From Candidatus Krumholzibacteriia bacterium (GTDB lineage Bacteria; Krumholzibacteriota; Krumholzibacteriia; JAJRXK01), in the NCBI GenBank assembly GCA_041484665.1, contig JBGPIA010000025.1:1-50892 (forward strand): 50,892 nt of DNA. Reading direction: 5' to 3'. Shown piece after piece: positions 1 to 10,348 of this stretch. How positions within the stretch are numbered: the stretch's first letter is position 1; every line of letters starts with the position of its first letter. The notes beneath the pieces were generated by a model. The model worked only from the letters and a program-made list of their open reading frames with translations, had not been told where the DNA came from and ran no database searches. A program made the translations under genes and the position numbers.

Positions 1-2
1 GC

Positions 3-167
3 CGCCGCTGCCAGGTCGTCCGCCAGGACGACGTCGAGGCAGTACAGGAGCGGCTGCGCGTCTATCAGGACTACCGGACGGCGCTGCGGGAGCTGGAGGC
101 CATCCAAAAGAAGCAGAAGGCCATTCTGCGTGGCCTGATGGCGACGCGAGACGAACCCTACGAGTAG
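3..167 (+). CDS. 3' end of a small helical protein, possibly DUF6788-like (IS-associated); truncated by the window edge
   Basis: Open frame RRCQVVRQDDVEAVQERLRVYQDYRTALRELEAIQKKQKAILRGLMATRDEPYE*, not in the ORF track; family call from recollection only. Confidence 0.45.
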   Translation, partial: RRCQVVRQDDVEAVQERLRVYQDYRTALRELEAIQKKQKAILRGLMATRDEPYE

Positions 168-227
168 CGCAATCGCGCGGAGGAACGCAGCTTACGGCAA
201 CAGAAAAACTCGCCCGACACCGTCAGC

Positions 228-244
228 AAAGTGCGGAATGTAGG
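228..244. mobile_element. Putative IS terminal sequence (AAAGTGCGGAATGTAGG)
   Basis: Resembles the TGCGGAATGT-type ends I recall for IS1634-like elements, and sits directly against a 5'-truncated toxin fragment. Confidence 0.35.
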
Positions 245-246
245 TT

Positions 247-348
247 ACAACGGTCGAGTGGTCGCGCCTCGTGCGGAAGCTGGGCCAGCTCGACCGCGCG
301 AGCGGCGCCGCGGCGCTGGCCTCGCTCGCCGAGATGTTCACGCTCTGA
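247..348 (+). pseudogene. C-terminal fragment of a PemK/MazF-family toxin
   Basis: TTVEWSRLVRKLGQLDRASGAAALASLAEMFTL* resembles the MazF C-terminus (RTVDxxRLxxxLG..L.EMF); no start codon, in-frame TAG at 241-243. Confidence 0.55.
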
Positions 349-541
349 CCCGTGATGAGGACGCGGTCGCGAGAGCCCGGCAGTGTGATGTTCCGGGCGA
401 GCTCGTAAGCACAATGTGCTTACGGTGTCTCCGCGCGACGACGATGGTGGCCGAAAGGCGTCCGGCAAGGTCCCGTCGGCCTGTGGGCTCCATCAGCTTC
501 CCCCTACCGCCGCACTGAATGGCAGGAGGGGCGCCCAAACC

Positions 542-610
542 ATGATCGATCCCCAGCGTTGGCGCCGCATTGAAGCGCTCCTGGATGAGGCCTTCGAGCG
601 GCCGCCGCCC
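542..610 (+). pseudogene. N-terminal remnant of a Ser/Thr kinase-type gene
   Basis: MIDPQRWRRIEALLDEAFERPP matches the typical 'RWxRIExLFxxALE' kinase leader; no kinase domain follows. Confidence 0.5.
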
Positions 611-872
611 CTCGCCCCACCACGCCACGGCCGACTGGGCCTTCGTTTCCATCGGGCCCCGCACCCGCACGCAGGCCCAATCCAAGCGCCGGCGAGCACC
701 GCCGACCGCGCCGCTGACCGCGCCGTAGCGTCCCTCCAGCTTCCCTGCTAGGCTCCTGCTCGTCTGCGATTCGCACGCACGCACCACACCGCTTCCCACC
801 ACCCGGCCGCCACCTGCGGACCCCGCCGGTGTGTCGCGCCGCGCTGGTGGCCCGGCGAAAAGGAGCCCTCAG

Positions 873-1286
873 ATGCCGCCCATCAATTATCTCGCCGTGA
901 TCGTCGCCGCTGTCGCGACCTTCGCGCTCGGAGCGCTCTGGTACTCGCCCGCGTTGTTCGCCAAGCCGTGGGTCCGCGCCCACGGCTACACGCCCGAGAA
1001 GGTGGAGGCCATGCGCAAGGGTGCGGGCAAGGCCTACGGCAGCGCGTTCGTGTGCTATCTCGTGATGGCTTTCATGATGGCGATCCTGGCCGGTCGAACG
1101 GGCGCCGCAACGCTGCCGGGCGGAGTCCGGCTGGGCGTCGTCGTGTGGCTGGGCTTCGCGGCTACGATCGGGATGACCGCGCAGCTCTTCTCTGAAACAC
1201 TGAAGCTCGGCGTGTACGCCATCGATGCCGGCTACCAGCTCGTCTACCTGATGTTGCAGGGTGTGATCCTGGCGCTGTGGCGGTGA
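873..1286 (+). CDS. DUF1761-family membrane protein
   Basis: AGGAG RBS; INYLAVIVAAVATFALGALWYSPALF...IDAGYQLV; about four hydrophobic helices. Confidence 0.85.
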   Translation: MPPINYLAVIVAAVATFALGALWYSPALFAKPWVRAHGYTPEKVEAMRKGAGKAYGSAFVCYLVMAFMMAILAGRTGAATLPGGVRLGVVVWLGFAATIGMTAQLFSETLKLGVYAIDAGYQLVYLMLQGVILALWR

Positions 1287-2398
1287 GTCTGGAGATCCTC
1301 TTCGCCGCGCACCGCAACTCCTGGAGCGGGAGCGAGCAGTGGCTGCTGGCCGCGGCGCGGGCGATGGCCGCGCGCGGGCACGGGGTGAGCGTTGCCGCGC
1401 CCGCCGAGGCGGTGGTCCTCCGGCGGGCGCGCGAATCTGGCGTGCCCACGCTGGCCGTGCCGTTCGCACGTGACATCGATCCGCCGAGCGCCGTTCGTGT
1501 GCTGGCTCACTGTCTGCGCCGGCGCGTGCGGGCCGTCTGCCTCGTGTCGGAGCGCGCATTGCGTGTCGCGGGCCCGGCCGCGCGCCTGGCGCGGGTGCCG
1601 GCGGTGCTGATCCGGCGTGAGAGCGAGTCGCCCCTGGACCCGGCCACCGAGCCGCGCTTTCACTATGAGCGGCTCGTGTCGGGAATCCTCGTGCGATCGG
1701 AGGCGGCCGCGCAGGCACTGTGCAGCCGCGTCGACTGGCGCCCGCGTGGGCAAGTCCATGTCCTCTACCCATGCGTCGACCTGCGCCGTTTCGAGGACCC
1801 GCGGCCGCTGGGTGAGATCCGCCGCGCGGTGCGCGGTCCGCTTGGCCTGACCGAGGACGACCTGGTGCTCGTCCACGCGGGTGAGCTGAGCCCCCGGACG
1901 AACGCGGCCCTGTTGGTGTCGCTGCTCCCGCGGCTGCTCGAGGAGGCACCGCGCGCCCACGCTCTGATCGTCGGGTCGGGGCCCGCTGCCCCCGCCCTGC
2001 GCAAACTGGCGTCCGATCTCGGCCTGGCCGACCACGTGCACCTGCTGGGCGTGCGGGACGACCTGCCGGCGCTGCTGGCCGCCAGCGACGTGATGGTGCA
2101 CTGCGCCCACGCCGATGAGCTGGTGGACGGGGTGGCCGAGGCGGGAGCAGCGGGGCTGCCCGTCGTGGCGCCGGCCGTCGGCGGAATGCCGGAGATCGTG
2201 GCCGACGGCGAGACGGGCAGCCTCTACTCCGGCGACGACCCACACGACCTGGTGCGTGCCATCCGCCCGTACCTGAACGACCCGCAGCTTCGCCGCCGGC
2301 ACGGCCAAGCCGCTCGCGTGCGCATCCGCCAGCGCTTCGCGCTCGACGGCCGCATGGACGAGCTGGAGGCCATCTTCCGGCAGCAGCTGGAGCATTGA
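1283..2398 (+). CDS. GT4 (GT-B) glycosyltransferase
   Basis: SGSEQW N-terminal motif, GVRDDLPALLAASD, EAGAAGLPVVAPAVGGMPEIV; GTGA overlap with the upstream gene; some catalytic motifs look degenerate. Confidence 0.85.
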   Translation: MSLEILFAAHRNSWSGSEQWLLAAARAMAARGHGVSVAAPAEAVVLRRARESGVPTLAVPFARDIDPPSAVRVLAHCLRRRVRAVCLVSERALRVAGPAARLARVPAVLIRRESESPLDPATEPRFHYERLVSGILVRSEAAAQALCSRVDWRPRGQVHVLYPCVDLRRFEDPRPLGEIRRAVRGPLGLTEDDLVLVHAGELSPRTNAALLVSLLPRLLEEAPRAHALIVGSGPAAPALRKLASDLGLADHVHLLGVRDDLPALLAASDVMVHCAHADELVDGVAEAGAAGLPVVAPAVGGMPEIVADGETGSLYSGDDPHDLVRAIRPYLNDPQLRRRHGQAARVRIRQRFALDGRMDELEAIFRQQLEH

Positions 2399-2487
2399 TC
2401 CGCCCCGCCGCGGCCGCTACCATCGCTGCCTGCTGCCACGACGGCATCCCCCGCGCGAACCCCGCTTCGATCTCTGCAGGAGCCTCC

Positions 2488-5400
2488 ATGCGCTGTCCTC
2501 GCCTCTCCTACGCCGGCGCGCTCACGCGCCGAGCGGAGTCATGTCCTCTTGCGCCAGCTCGCGGTGCGCGGGCCGCCGGGGCGGGTCGCACCGGTCGCGC
2601 CACCCTCGTGCTCGTGGCGCTCGCCGGCGTGCTCGCGTGCCTTCCCACCGACCTGCTCACCGGCCTGCTCACCGGCCGGCTGGACAGCCGCGCGCGTGCC
2701 GCCGATGTCAGCAGATTCTCCACCCCCAAACCACCCCGCGAGAAGAGCGCGGGCATCGATCCGGCGTTGCTGGCCGGCTTGAAGGCGCGCTCGATCGGCC
2801 CGGCCGGGATGAGCGGGCGTGTGGCCGACATCCAGGCCGTGGAGAGCAATCGCGACATCATCTACGTCGGCGCCTCCACCGGCGGCGTGTGGAAGTCGGC
2901 CAACGCCGGGCTCACCTGGCAGCCGATCTTCGACGATCAGCCCGTGGCGGCGATCGGCGCCATCGGGATCTTCCAGCCCAGCCCCGACTTGGTGTGGGTG
3001 GGCACCGGCGAGGGCAATCCCCGCAACAGCGCATCGGTGGGTGATGGCATCTACAAGTCCCTCGACGGCGGCCGCGAGTGGCAGCACGTGGGCCTGGACC
3101 CGACGGAGCGCATCGCCCGCATCGTGACCCATCCCACCAATCCCGACGTGGTTTACGTGGCCGCCATGGGCAAGGAGTGGGGCGAGAATGAGGAGCGCGG
3201 CGTTTTCAAGACTCAGGATGGCGGCAAGACATGGACGAAGGTCCTGTACGTCGATGAGCGCACGGGCTGCGCCGACCTGGCCATGGACCCCAGCAACCCC
3301 GAGAAGCTGATCGCTTCGATGTGGGATTACCGGCGGTGGCCGTGGTTCTTCCGGTCGGGAGGGCCGGGCTCGGGGCTTTTTGTCACGTACGATGGCGGCG
3401 ACCACTGGAAGCGCATGACCGAGGAGGATGGCTTGCCCAAGGGCGACGTCGGCCGCATCGGCGTGGCATTCTGCCGCAAACACCCCGAGACGGTCTACGC
3501 GATCGTGGAGGCCGAAAAGAGCGCCCTGCTGCGCTCCAACGACGGGGGCAAGAGCTGGCGCACGGTAAACTCCGAGACCAACGTCTCCGGGCGTCCCTTC
3601 TATTATAGTGACCTCCGCGTGGACCCCGAGCGCCCCGACCGCGTCTACCAGCTCAGCACCATGGCCCGCGTGAGCGACGACGGCGGCAAGACCTTCCGCA
3701 TCTTGATCGGATGGAACGCGCTGCATCCCGACCACCACGCCATGTGGATCGACCCCAACGATCCGACCTTCATCATCGACGGCAACGACGGCGGCGCGGG
3801 CGTGAGCTACGACCGGGGCGAGACCTGGCGCTTCGTGGGCAATCTGCCGCTTGCGCAGCTCTACCACATCGCCTTCGACAACGAGACGCCATACAACGTC
3901 TACGGTGGCATGCAGGACAACGGCAGCTGGCGCGGCCCCAGCAGCGTCTGGGAGAACGGCGGGATCCGTACCCAGCACTGGGAGGAGGTCGGTTTCGGTG
4001 ACGGTTTCGATACGCGCCCCGATCCGCAGGACTCCCACAGCGGGTACTCGATGAGTCAGGAGGGCTACCTGATGCGCTGGAACCTGCGCACCGGGGAGCG
4101 CAAGAGCGTCCGGCCGCCCGCCCCCAACGACAGCACCGAGTTGCGCTTCAACTGGAACACGGGGCTGGCCATCGACCCCTTCGACCCCAAGACGATCTAC
4201 TACGGCAGCCAGTTCCTGCACAAGTCCACCGACCGCGGCGACTCCTGGACCATCATCAGCCCCGACCTCACCAGCAACAACCGGGAGTGGCAGAAGCAGA
4301 AGGAGAGCGGCGGGCTCACACCCGATGTCAGCGGCGCCGAGAACTTCACGACCATCATCGCGATCGCGCCGAGCCCGCTGCAACGCGGCATGATCTGGGT
4401 GGGCACTGACGACGGGCGCGTCCACGTCACGCGCGACGGCGGGGCGAACTGGACCAGCGTGGAGGGCAACGCGAAGGGCGTTCCGAAGAACACCTGGGTG
4501 CCCCACATCACCGCTTCGCGCTTCGACCCGGCGGTGGCGTTCGTGGTGTTCGACGACCACCGTCGCAGCAACTGGACCCCGTACGTCTTCCGCGCCTCCG
4601 ACTACGGGGAGCACTGGGAGAGCCTGGTCACCAAGGACATCCGCGGTTACGCGCTGTGCATCGAGCAGGATCCCGTGGACGCGGACCTGCTGTTCCTGGG
4701 TACGGAGTTCGGGCTGTACGTCTCCGTCGACGGAGGCGTGAGCTGGATGCGCTTCAAGCACGGCGTCCCCACCGTGTCGGTGATGTGCCTGGCGATCCAG
4801 CCGCGCGACCATGACCTGCTGATCGGCACCCACGGCCGCGCCGCATTCGTCCTCGATGACATCCGCCCGCTGCGCAAGCTCACGGCCCAGGTGATGGACG
4901 AGCCCCTGCACCTGTTCGACATCGCTCCCGCGCAGCAGTACAGCGTCAAGCAGACCGGCGGCTCGCGCTTTCCCGGCGCCGGCGAGTTCCGCGGCGACAA
5001 CCGGCCCTACGGCGCGCTAATCACCTGGTCGATGAGCGGCGAGGACCTCCCCCACCCCGACGATAAGGTCGAGCGCGAGCGCAAGGAGGCCAAGCGCGCC
5101 AAGGAGCGCGAGGAGCGCAAGAAGGGCGAGGGCGTCAAGCGCGCCGACGAAGTCGCCCCTGCTGCGGCGCTGCGCGCGGAGCGGCCCACCAAGCTCTCGA
5201 GGAAGGCCGCGGGGGAGGCAGGCAAAGAGGCCACCGAAAAGGGGAAACCGCAGGCCGGCCAGGAGGCCGCAGGGGAGCAGGAGACGCCCGGGGCGGGCGG
5301 AGCCGCCGGGGCCGGCGGAGCAACCGGCGAGGGTGAGAAGAAGGGCAAGGACGAAGGCCCCAAGGTCGAGATCCGCATCACCGACGCCCTCGGCAAGCTC

Positions 5401-6186
5401 GTGCGCAAGCTCGAGGCGCCTGCAAAGCTGGGCGTGAACCGCGCGGTGTGGGACCTGAGCAGCGAGCCGTTCAAGCAGCCGCCGCGCGAGAATCGGCCCT
5501 TCGACGAGCCGAACGTTGGGCCGGAGGTGGTGCCGGGCACGTACAACGTGACCGTCAAGTTCAAGGGGCACGAGGCCAAGGGCAGCGTGCAGGTGCTCGC
5601 CGATCCGCGCATGACCATCGCGGCGAACGACCGGCAGGCCAACTGGGACGCGCAGCAGCGCGCCGGGCACCTGCAGGAGGTCGTGACCGAGGCGCTGCAG
5701 CGCATCAAGGACACCCGCGCCGACGCCGACGTCGTCATCAAGAAGGTCAACGCCATCCTCGACGATGAGAAGCAGAAGAAGGAGAAAGAGGGCGTCGACA
5801 CGTCGGCGGCCGCCGGGGATTCTACCAAGGACGCTGCGGACCCGCGCAAGGCGCTGGTCAAGCGCGCCAACGAGCTCAAGAAGAAGCTCACCGAGCTGGA
5901 GAAGCAGTTCTGGATCCCGCCGGACACCAAGGGGATTCCTTACGAAAACGACCAGGCGCTGTCGCGCATCGGCCTGGCGCAGATGTTCCTGAGCTCCTCG
6001 TGGGAGGCGCCCAGCCCTTCAGCGCTCGCCTATCTGGGGCGCGCCGAGCGCGACGTGCAGAAGGTGCTCGTCGACTTCAACCGGTTCTTCGCGGACGACG
6101 TGGCGGCGTTCCGCAAGGACGTGGACGTGCAACAGCTGCGGCTCTTGCCCAGCAAGGAGCCGCTGACGATCGGGAGCGGCAAGTAG
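2488..6186 (+). CDS. Large secreted BNR/VPS10 (sortilin-like) beta-propeller protein
   Basis: RSIGPAGMSGRV and many S/T-x-D-G-G-x-x-W BNR repeats; signal-like N-terminus; AGGAG before ATG 2488. Confidence 0.9.
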   Translation: MRCPRLSYAGALTRRAESCPLAPARGARAAGAGRTGRATLVLVALAGVLACLPTDLLTGLLTGRLDSRARAADVSRFSTPKPPREKSAGIDPALLAGLKARSIGPAGMSGRVADIQAVESNRDIIYVGASTGGVWKSANAGLTWQPIFDDQPVAAIGAIGIFQPSPDLVWVGTGEGNPRNSASVGDGIYKSLDGGREWQHVGLDPTERIARIVTHPTNPDVVYVAAMGKEWGENEERGVFKTQDGGKTWTKVLYVDERTGCADLAMDPSNPEKLIASMWDYRRWPWFFRSGGPGSGLFVTYDGGDHWKRMTEEDGLPKGDVGRIGVAFCRKHPETVYAIVEAEKSALLRSNDGGKSWRTVNSETNVSGRPFYYSDLRVDPERPDRVYQLSTMARVSDDGGKTFRILIGWNALHPDHHAMWIDPNDPTFIIDGNDGGAGVSYDRGETWRFVGNLPLAQLYHIAFDNETPYNVYGGMQDNGSWRGPSSVWENGGIRTQHWEEVGFGDGFDTRPDPQDSHSGYSMSQEGYLMRWNLRTGERKSVRPPAPNDSTELRFNWNTGLAIDPFDPKTIYYGSQFLHKSTDRGDSWTIISPDLTSNNREWQKQKESGGLTPDVSGAENFTTIIAIAPSPLQRGMIWVGTDDGRVHVTRDGGANWTSVEGNAKGVPKNTWVPHITASRFDPAVAFVVFDDHRRSNWTPYVFRASDYGEHWESLVTKDIRGYALCIEQDPVDADLLFLGTEFGLYVSVDGGVSWMRFKHGVPTVSVMCLAIQPRDHDLLIGTHGRAAFVLDDIRPLRKLTAQVMDEPLHLFDIAPAQQYSVKQTGGSRFPGAGEFRGDNRPYGALITWSMSGEDLPHPDDKVERERKEAKRAKEREERKKGEGVKRADEVAPAAALRAERPTKLSRKAAGEAGKEATEKGKPQAGQEAAGEQETPGAGGAAGAGGATGEGEKKGKDEGPKVEIRITDALGKLVRKLEAPAKLGVNRAVWDLSSEPFKQPPRENRPFDEPNVGPEVVPGTYNVTVKFKGHEAKGSVQVLADPRMTIAANDRQANWDAQQRAGHLQEVVTEALQRIKDTRADADVVIKKVNAILDDEKQKKEKEGVDTSAAAGDSTKDAADPRKALVKRANELKKKLTELEKQFWIPPDTKGIPYENDQALSRIGLAQMFLSSSWEAPSPSALAYLGRAERDVQKVLVDFNRFFADDVAAFRKDVDVQQLRLLPSKEPLTIGSGK

Positions 6187-6239
6187 CGCCGGGCGGGCGG
6201 GGCGGGCGGGGCGACCAGGCAAACACGGCTGGCGCGGAG

Positions 6240-7022
6240 GCGCGCGCCGGATCCATGCCCCACCCACTGACGTGCACGCAGAGCATGCGCTGCCCCGCCA
6301 TGGGAAAGGCCTTGAGGCCGACTACGGCATCCTGCTCGTCCTAGCTCAGCAGGGGCCTCGATCTAGGTGATCTCCAGGACGTGGCCGGACATGATGGTGC
6401 CGGCGAGCAGGCCGAGGTCGTCGCGCAGTCGCAGCCGGTAGCCGTCGCCGCGCGCTCACAAGCCCGGCCGAGCCCTCGAGGCGGCCGAGCCATTGGGCCA
6501 GGCCGTCGGCCTGGAGGCGATATGGCCGCAGGCGCGGGTGGGCGTAGTCCGCGGGCTGCAGGATCAGGAGGCTGCGGCGCGGGCGGCTGAAATAGCGCTC
6601 GAGATAGACCTTCAGCGTCGCCAGCGACATGCGCCAGCCCGAGTCCACGCCCTCGTACTTCTCGTCCCACTGACCCCCTTCCAGGAACCCCGAGTTGACC
6701 AGGCTCATGCGCGTGTGGCCGCGCTCGCTCGCGATGGTGATCTCGAGGAAGAAGCGTGGCCGTCCCGGGATCTGGCCGGTGAGGACCAATCGCTCGCCCG
6801 GCTGCGCGTCGAACACCTCGTACAGGAAGCGGTCGCCGAACTTCTCGAAGATCCACGTGATCGTCGAGCCGGTGCGAGCCTCGCCCTCGGCACCGTCGGT
6901 GAACCACTGGAAGATCCTCGCCGCGTGGGCCCACGCCTCCCACACCTGCGCAGCGTGGCGGAGGTTTCCAGATCGACGCGAATGACGCGTCCCTGGTGGT
7001 GGGGCTGCCGGTTGGTGGTCAT
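6240..7022 (-). pseudogene. SRPBCC (Aha1-like) domain gene, disrupted
   Basis: GAGGAG RBS plus MTTNRQ..RVIRVDLETSAT, frameshift near 6955 into QVWEAWA..WF..GVDSGW; further frameshifts and TAG stops at 6365 and 6343. Confidence 0.75.
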
Positions 7023-7258
7023 GAGGCCTCCTCGTCGGGCGACTCGGTCGGCGGCGTCGTGTTGGAACCGCGTGCGCCGCGGGCTCTGTCGGCAGCCGAG
7101 GGTGCCGCCTGCGGGGCGAGCGGGTAGCAACCCAGTACCAGCCGGTAAGGGCGCCTGGGCGCGGGGGAACCGTCGGCGCGCGCGGCCGGCTGCCGGGTAA
7201 GCTCAGCAGCGCCGCAGCGCGCAGCCCGTCGCCCAGCGTTGCTTGACGCTCGCCGTCC

Positions 7259-9949
7259 TCACCGCCGATGCGTCTGTGTATCTGCGTGCACCCGCGCAGC
7301 GGGCGCAGGCCTCGCGGGCGGCGGCGCTGGCGTGGCTGGCCCAGGCGTTGTGGGTGGGGGCGCCGTAGATCCAGGTGCTGCGGGCGCAGGCGCACCCGGC
7401 TGGCGCAACGACTGTCGGAAGCGCTCTAGCTCGGCGGCGGCCTGCTTGTCGCCGCTGCGCGCCACCCAGTCGGCCAGCACCTGCTCGGCCTGGGCATTCT
7501 CGCCGCGGGCGCGGCGGACCTGATACAGGAGGCTGACCGAACCCTGGGTCGCCGGCCGCGCGGCGGCGAACTCCTGGGCCCACGCCAGCGCCTTGTCCAT
7601 CTCTGCAAGCGTCACCAGGCCCTTGCCGATGCTGAACGCGACGTTGGTGGGATCGGGCAGGGCGCGCAGGTAGAAGCGACCCGCCGCCAGCAGCGGGTCG
7701 ATCTGGTGCAACTGCAGGTAGGCCAGCGGCAGCAGCTCCACCACGGCCGGGAAGGTCGGCTCCATGTGGTAAGCCAACTGCAGCGCGCGCAGGGCGTTGT
7801 CGTAGCGGTCGGCCTTCGCCTCGTCGTAGGCCGCGCGGCTGAGGGCGGCGGGGTAGTTGCCCAGCAGGCGGCTGGTGTTGATGTCCCGGAAATGCGAAGT
7901 GTCGAGGTTGCCGTTGTTATCCAGCTCGCCGGTCAGGTCGTACGTGCCATCGAAGAAATTGGCCAGGACCTTCGCGGAGTCGATGCGGGGCTGGTTGTCC
8001 TCGCTGCGAACGGCCGGCTCGAAGCGGTAGACCATCCCTTCCATGACCAGGTACGGCAGGAAGTCCTTCATGAAGTCGTCCTCGGTCGTCACGGCGAAGT
8101 AGAGGGGCTTGCGCGGGCCGGCCTCGTTGGCGTGGATGATGTGCCACATCGCCATGTCGCGCACCCACAGCACGGTATTGTCCGGCAGCTGCTGCGCCAC
8201 CAGCCGCGTACGGAACTCAGTCTTGAAGTCGCGGTGGATGATCGTCGTCTTACCGTTGATCTGGTCGTTGTTCCAGGTGATGGGAACGCGCGGCTCCTCG
8301 TCCTTGAGCTGCTTGATGTACCACGGCAGGTTGATCAGGCTCAGATTCACGACGCGCACGTCGCGGCGCACGCCCTCCACGTATTGCAGATACCACACCG
8401 GGAAGGTGTCGTTGTCCCCCCCGGTGAACAGGATGCTGTTGGGTGGGACGCCGGCCAGGATGTTGTACGCGTAGTTGCGCGCGAGCAGATCTCCGCGGCG
8501 GTCGTGCTCGTGGTACTTGGGGTGCCCCAGGGGCCCTAGCAGCGCCGGCATGGCCGCCAGAGCCACCAACAGTATCGCGAGCGCGGCGGCGACGGCGCGC
8601 AGCCCCGGACGCTCCCGCCACGTCAGCCAGACCACGCGCAGCCCTCCGCCGGCGCCCAGGCCCAGGAACAGCGCCAGGAACTGGTAGCCTCCCGAGAAGA
8701 AGTAGTCGCGGTCGCGCACCTCGTGCGTGGTGAAGTTCAGGAACAGCACCAGCCCGAGCGTATTCGTCAGCACGATGGCGAGCAGGGCGAGGAACACCTT
8801 CCGCTCGCCCCACGCTTGGCACAGCATGCCGAACAGCCACAGCCCCAGCGGAAGACCGACGTCGAGAAAGCCCCACTTCGGCAGGAAGTTGAATTGCTGG
8901 AGGTAGCCGACGGTGCGCAGGCCGGCCATCTGGCCCGACTGCCAGGTGCCCGTGCCCCAAAACTGGGCCAGCTGCCAGCCCAATGGTGCCTGCCGCACCA
9001 ACAGCGAGTTGGCCGGGTACTGCTCGCGTCGCAGCACACGCACCAGCGTGTCCCAGGTCTGCGGGTCGCTCTCGTTGATGGGAGGATTGTGCGGCGCGCG
9101 CACTAGCAAAAACAGATACGTGGAGATCCCCAGCGCGAACAGCGCCAACCCGGCCAGCGCGAAGGAACGCCGCTGCGACAGCTGCCGCCAAAGCGCCAGC
9201 GCCAGCGCCGCCACGGCCAGCCCCACCGACAGCACCGTCAAGGTCGAGCTGGACCCCATCGTGGAGAGCACGAAGGCCGTCATCCCAGCAGTCACGATCG
9301 CCAGGTCGAGAAAGGGGAGCTCCTTGCCCCGCGCGCTGAGCCCCAGCAGCAGGATCCCCGGGAACACCAGGATCGCCCCCATGTGGAAACCGATCGACAG
9401 CCCCATGAGGTAGACGATCATCAGCATCAATGTCTGGGCTGCGGCGCGGCCACGGATCTCGTACCAGCGCACCGCGAGCCATCCCGCCAGCGCCATGGCG
9501 AAGGCGGCGAAGCTGTAGACCTCCGCCTCGATGGCGTTGTCCCAGAAGGTGGCGCTGAACGCCAGAAAAAGCGCACCGGTCGCGGCCCCCGCTCGCACCA
9601 GCCACGCGGGGCTGGGCCGCTGCTGCTCCTCGGCCCAGGCGCGCTGCAGGCGCACGCCGGTCAGGAAAGTGAAGAGCACGGCGAGCGCGGCGAAGACCGC
9701 GCTCATCAGATTGACGGCGTGGGCCACCGACAGGCCGAACCGCAGGAGCGTGAACACGCGGCCGACCAGCGCGTAGAGTGGATACCCGGGTTGATGCGCG
9801 ACACCCAGACGGTAGGCGCAGGTGATGAACTCACCGCCGTCCCAGAACGGAACCGAGCTGTTGGCGGTGGCGGCGTAGACCGCGAGCGCGATGGCGAAGA
9901 CCGCGATCCCCCACCCGGCATCGCGGTTGAGGAATCTGACGGAGGCCAT
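7259..9949 (-). CDS. DUF2723-domain multi-TM protein (TMEM260-like putative GT-C glycosyltransferase) with TPR-like C-terminus
   Basis: FWDGGEFITCAYRLGVAHQPGYPLY, EAEVY, RDRDYFF and GDNDTFPVWY motifs; start codon uncertain. Confidence 0.85.
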   Translation of the reverse strand: MASVRFLNRDAGWGIAVFAIALAVYAATANSSVPFWDGGEFITCAYRLGVAHQPGYPLYALVGRVFTLLRFGLSVAHAVNLMSAVFAALAVLFTFLTGVRLQRAWAEEQQRPSPAWLVRAGAATGALFLAFSATFWDNAIEAEVYSFAAFAMALAGWLAVRWYEIRGRAAAQTLMLMIVYLMGLSIGFHMGAILVFPGILLLGLSARGKELPFLDLAIVTAGMTAFVLSTMGSSSTLTVLSVGLAVAALALALWRQLSQRRSFALAGLALFALGISTYLFLLVRAPHNPPINESDPQTWDTLVRVLRREQYPANSLLVRQAPLGWQLAQFWGTGTWQSGQMAGLRTVGYLQQFNFLPKWGFLDVGLPLGLWLFGMLCQAWGERKVFLALLAIVLTNTLGLVLFLNFTTHEVRDRDYFFSGGYQFLALFLGLGAGGGLRVVWLTWRERPGLRAVAAALAILLVALAAMPALLGPLGHPKYHEHDRRGDLLARNYAYNILAGVPPNSILFTGGDNDTFPVWYLQYVEGVRRDVRVVNLSLINLPWYIKQLKDEEPRVPITWNNDQINGKTTIIHRDFKTEFRTRLVAQQLPDNTVLWVRDMAMWHIIHANEAGPRKPLYFAVTTEDDFMKDFLPYLVMEGMVYRFEPAVRSEDNQPRIDSAKVLANFFDGTYDLTGELDNNGNLDTSHFRDINTSRLLGNYPAALSRAAYDEAKADRYDNALRALQLAYHMEPTFPAVVELLPLAYLQLHQIDPLLAAGRFYLRALPDPTNVAFSIGKGLVTLAEMDKALAWAQEFAAARPATQGSVSLLYQVRRARGENAQAEQVLADWVARSGDKQAAAELERFRQSLRQPGAPAPAAPGSTAPPPTTPGPATPAPPPARPAPAARVHADTQTHRR

Positions 9950-10348
9950 GGGCGCAACGTTCTGGACGCCGACGTCCGAAGCGCCGCGGCCAATTCTTGC
10001 AGAACGCATGGGCTGGATTGTGATGGTCGGTCTCCGCGGGGTCAACGACGGCGGCAGCGTGCCTGCCTCGTGCCCGCCTCGTGCCCGCGTCGTGCGCGTG
10101 CCCTGTCCGTCGCGTGGCCGAGGCAAGTCCGGGCGGGCCGCGGCTCGGGGAGCGTCAAAGCCTCGGTGCCTTTGAGGTGGGGAGCTCCCGAGCCCCGCAG
10201 CCTTGGAGCCTCTGTGCCCCCTGAGACCCTGAGCGGCTGCTGCTTCCGTGGAGCGAGCTGCGCTTGTACACTCGGCGGCGCGGGGCGTTCCCGCCGGAGC
10301 CCGACGAAGCCGCGCTCCGCGGCCCCCCTTCCCGAGGAGGTCGGATCG

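Noticed and set aside
504..2489. Long antisense or alternate-frame ORFs (also 2539-4911, 15718-17322, 23570-25558, 23815-26541, 27381-29030)
   Set aside because: Shadow ORFs typical of high-GC DNA that overlap well-supported genes.
10141..10198. Riboswitch or ncRNA in the divergent intergenic region
   Set aside because: A long imperfect hairpin exists (ggctcggggagc..gctcccgagcc) but carries no recognisable family motif, and such hairpins are common at this GC content.
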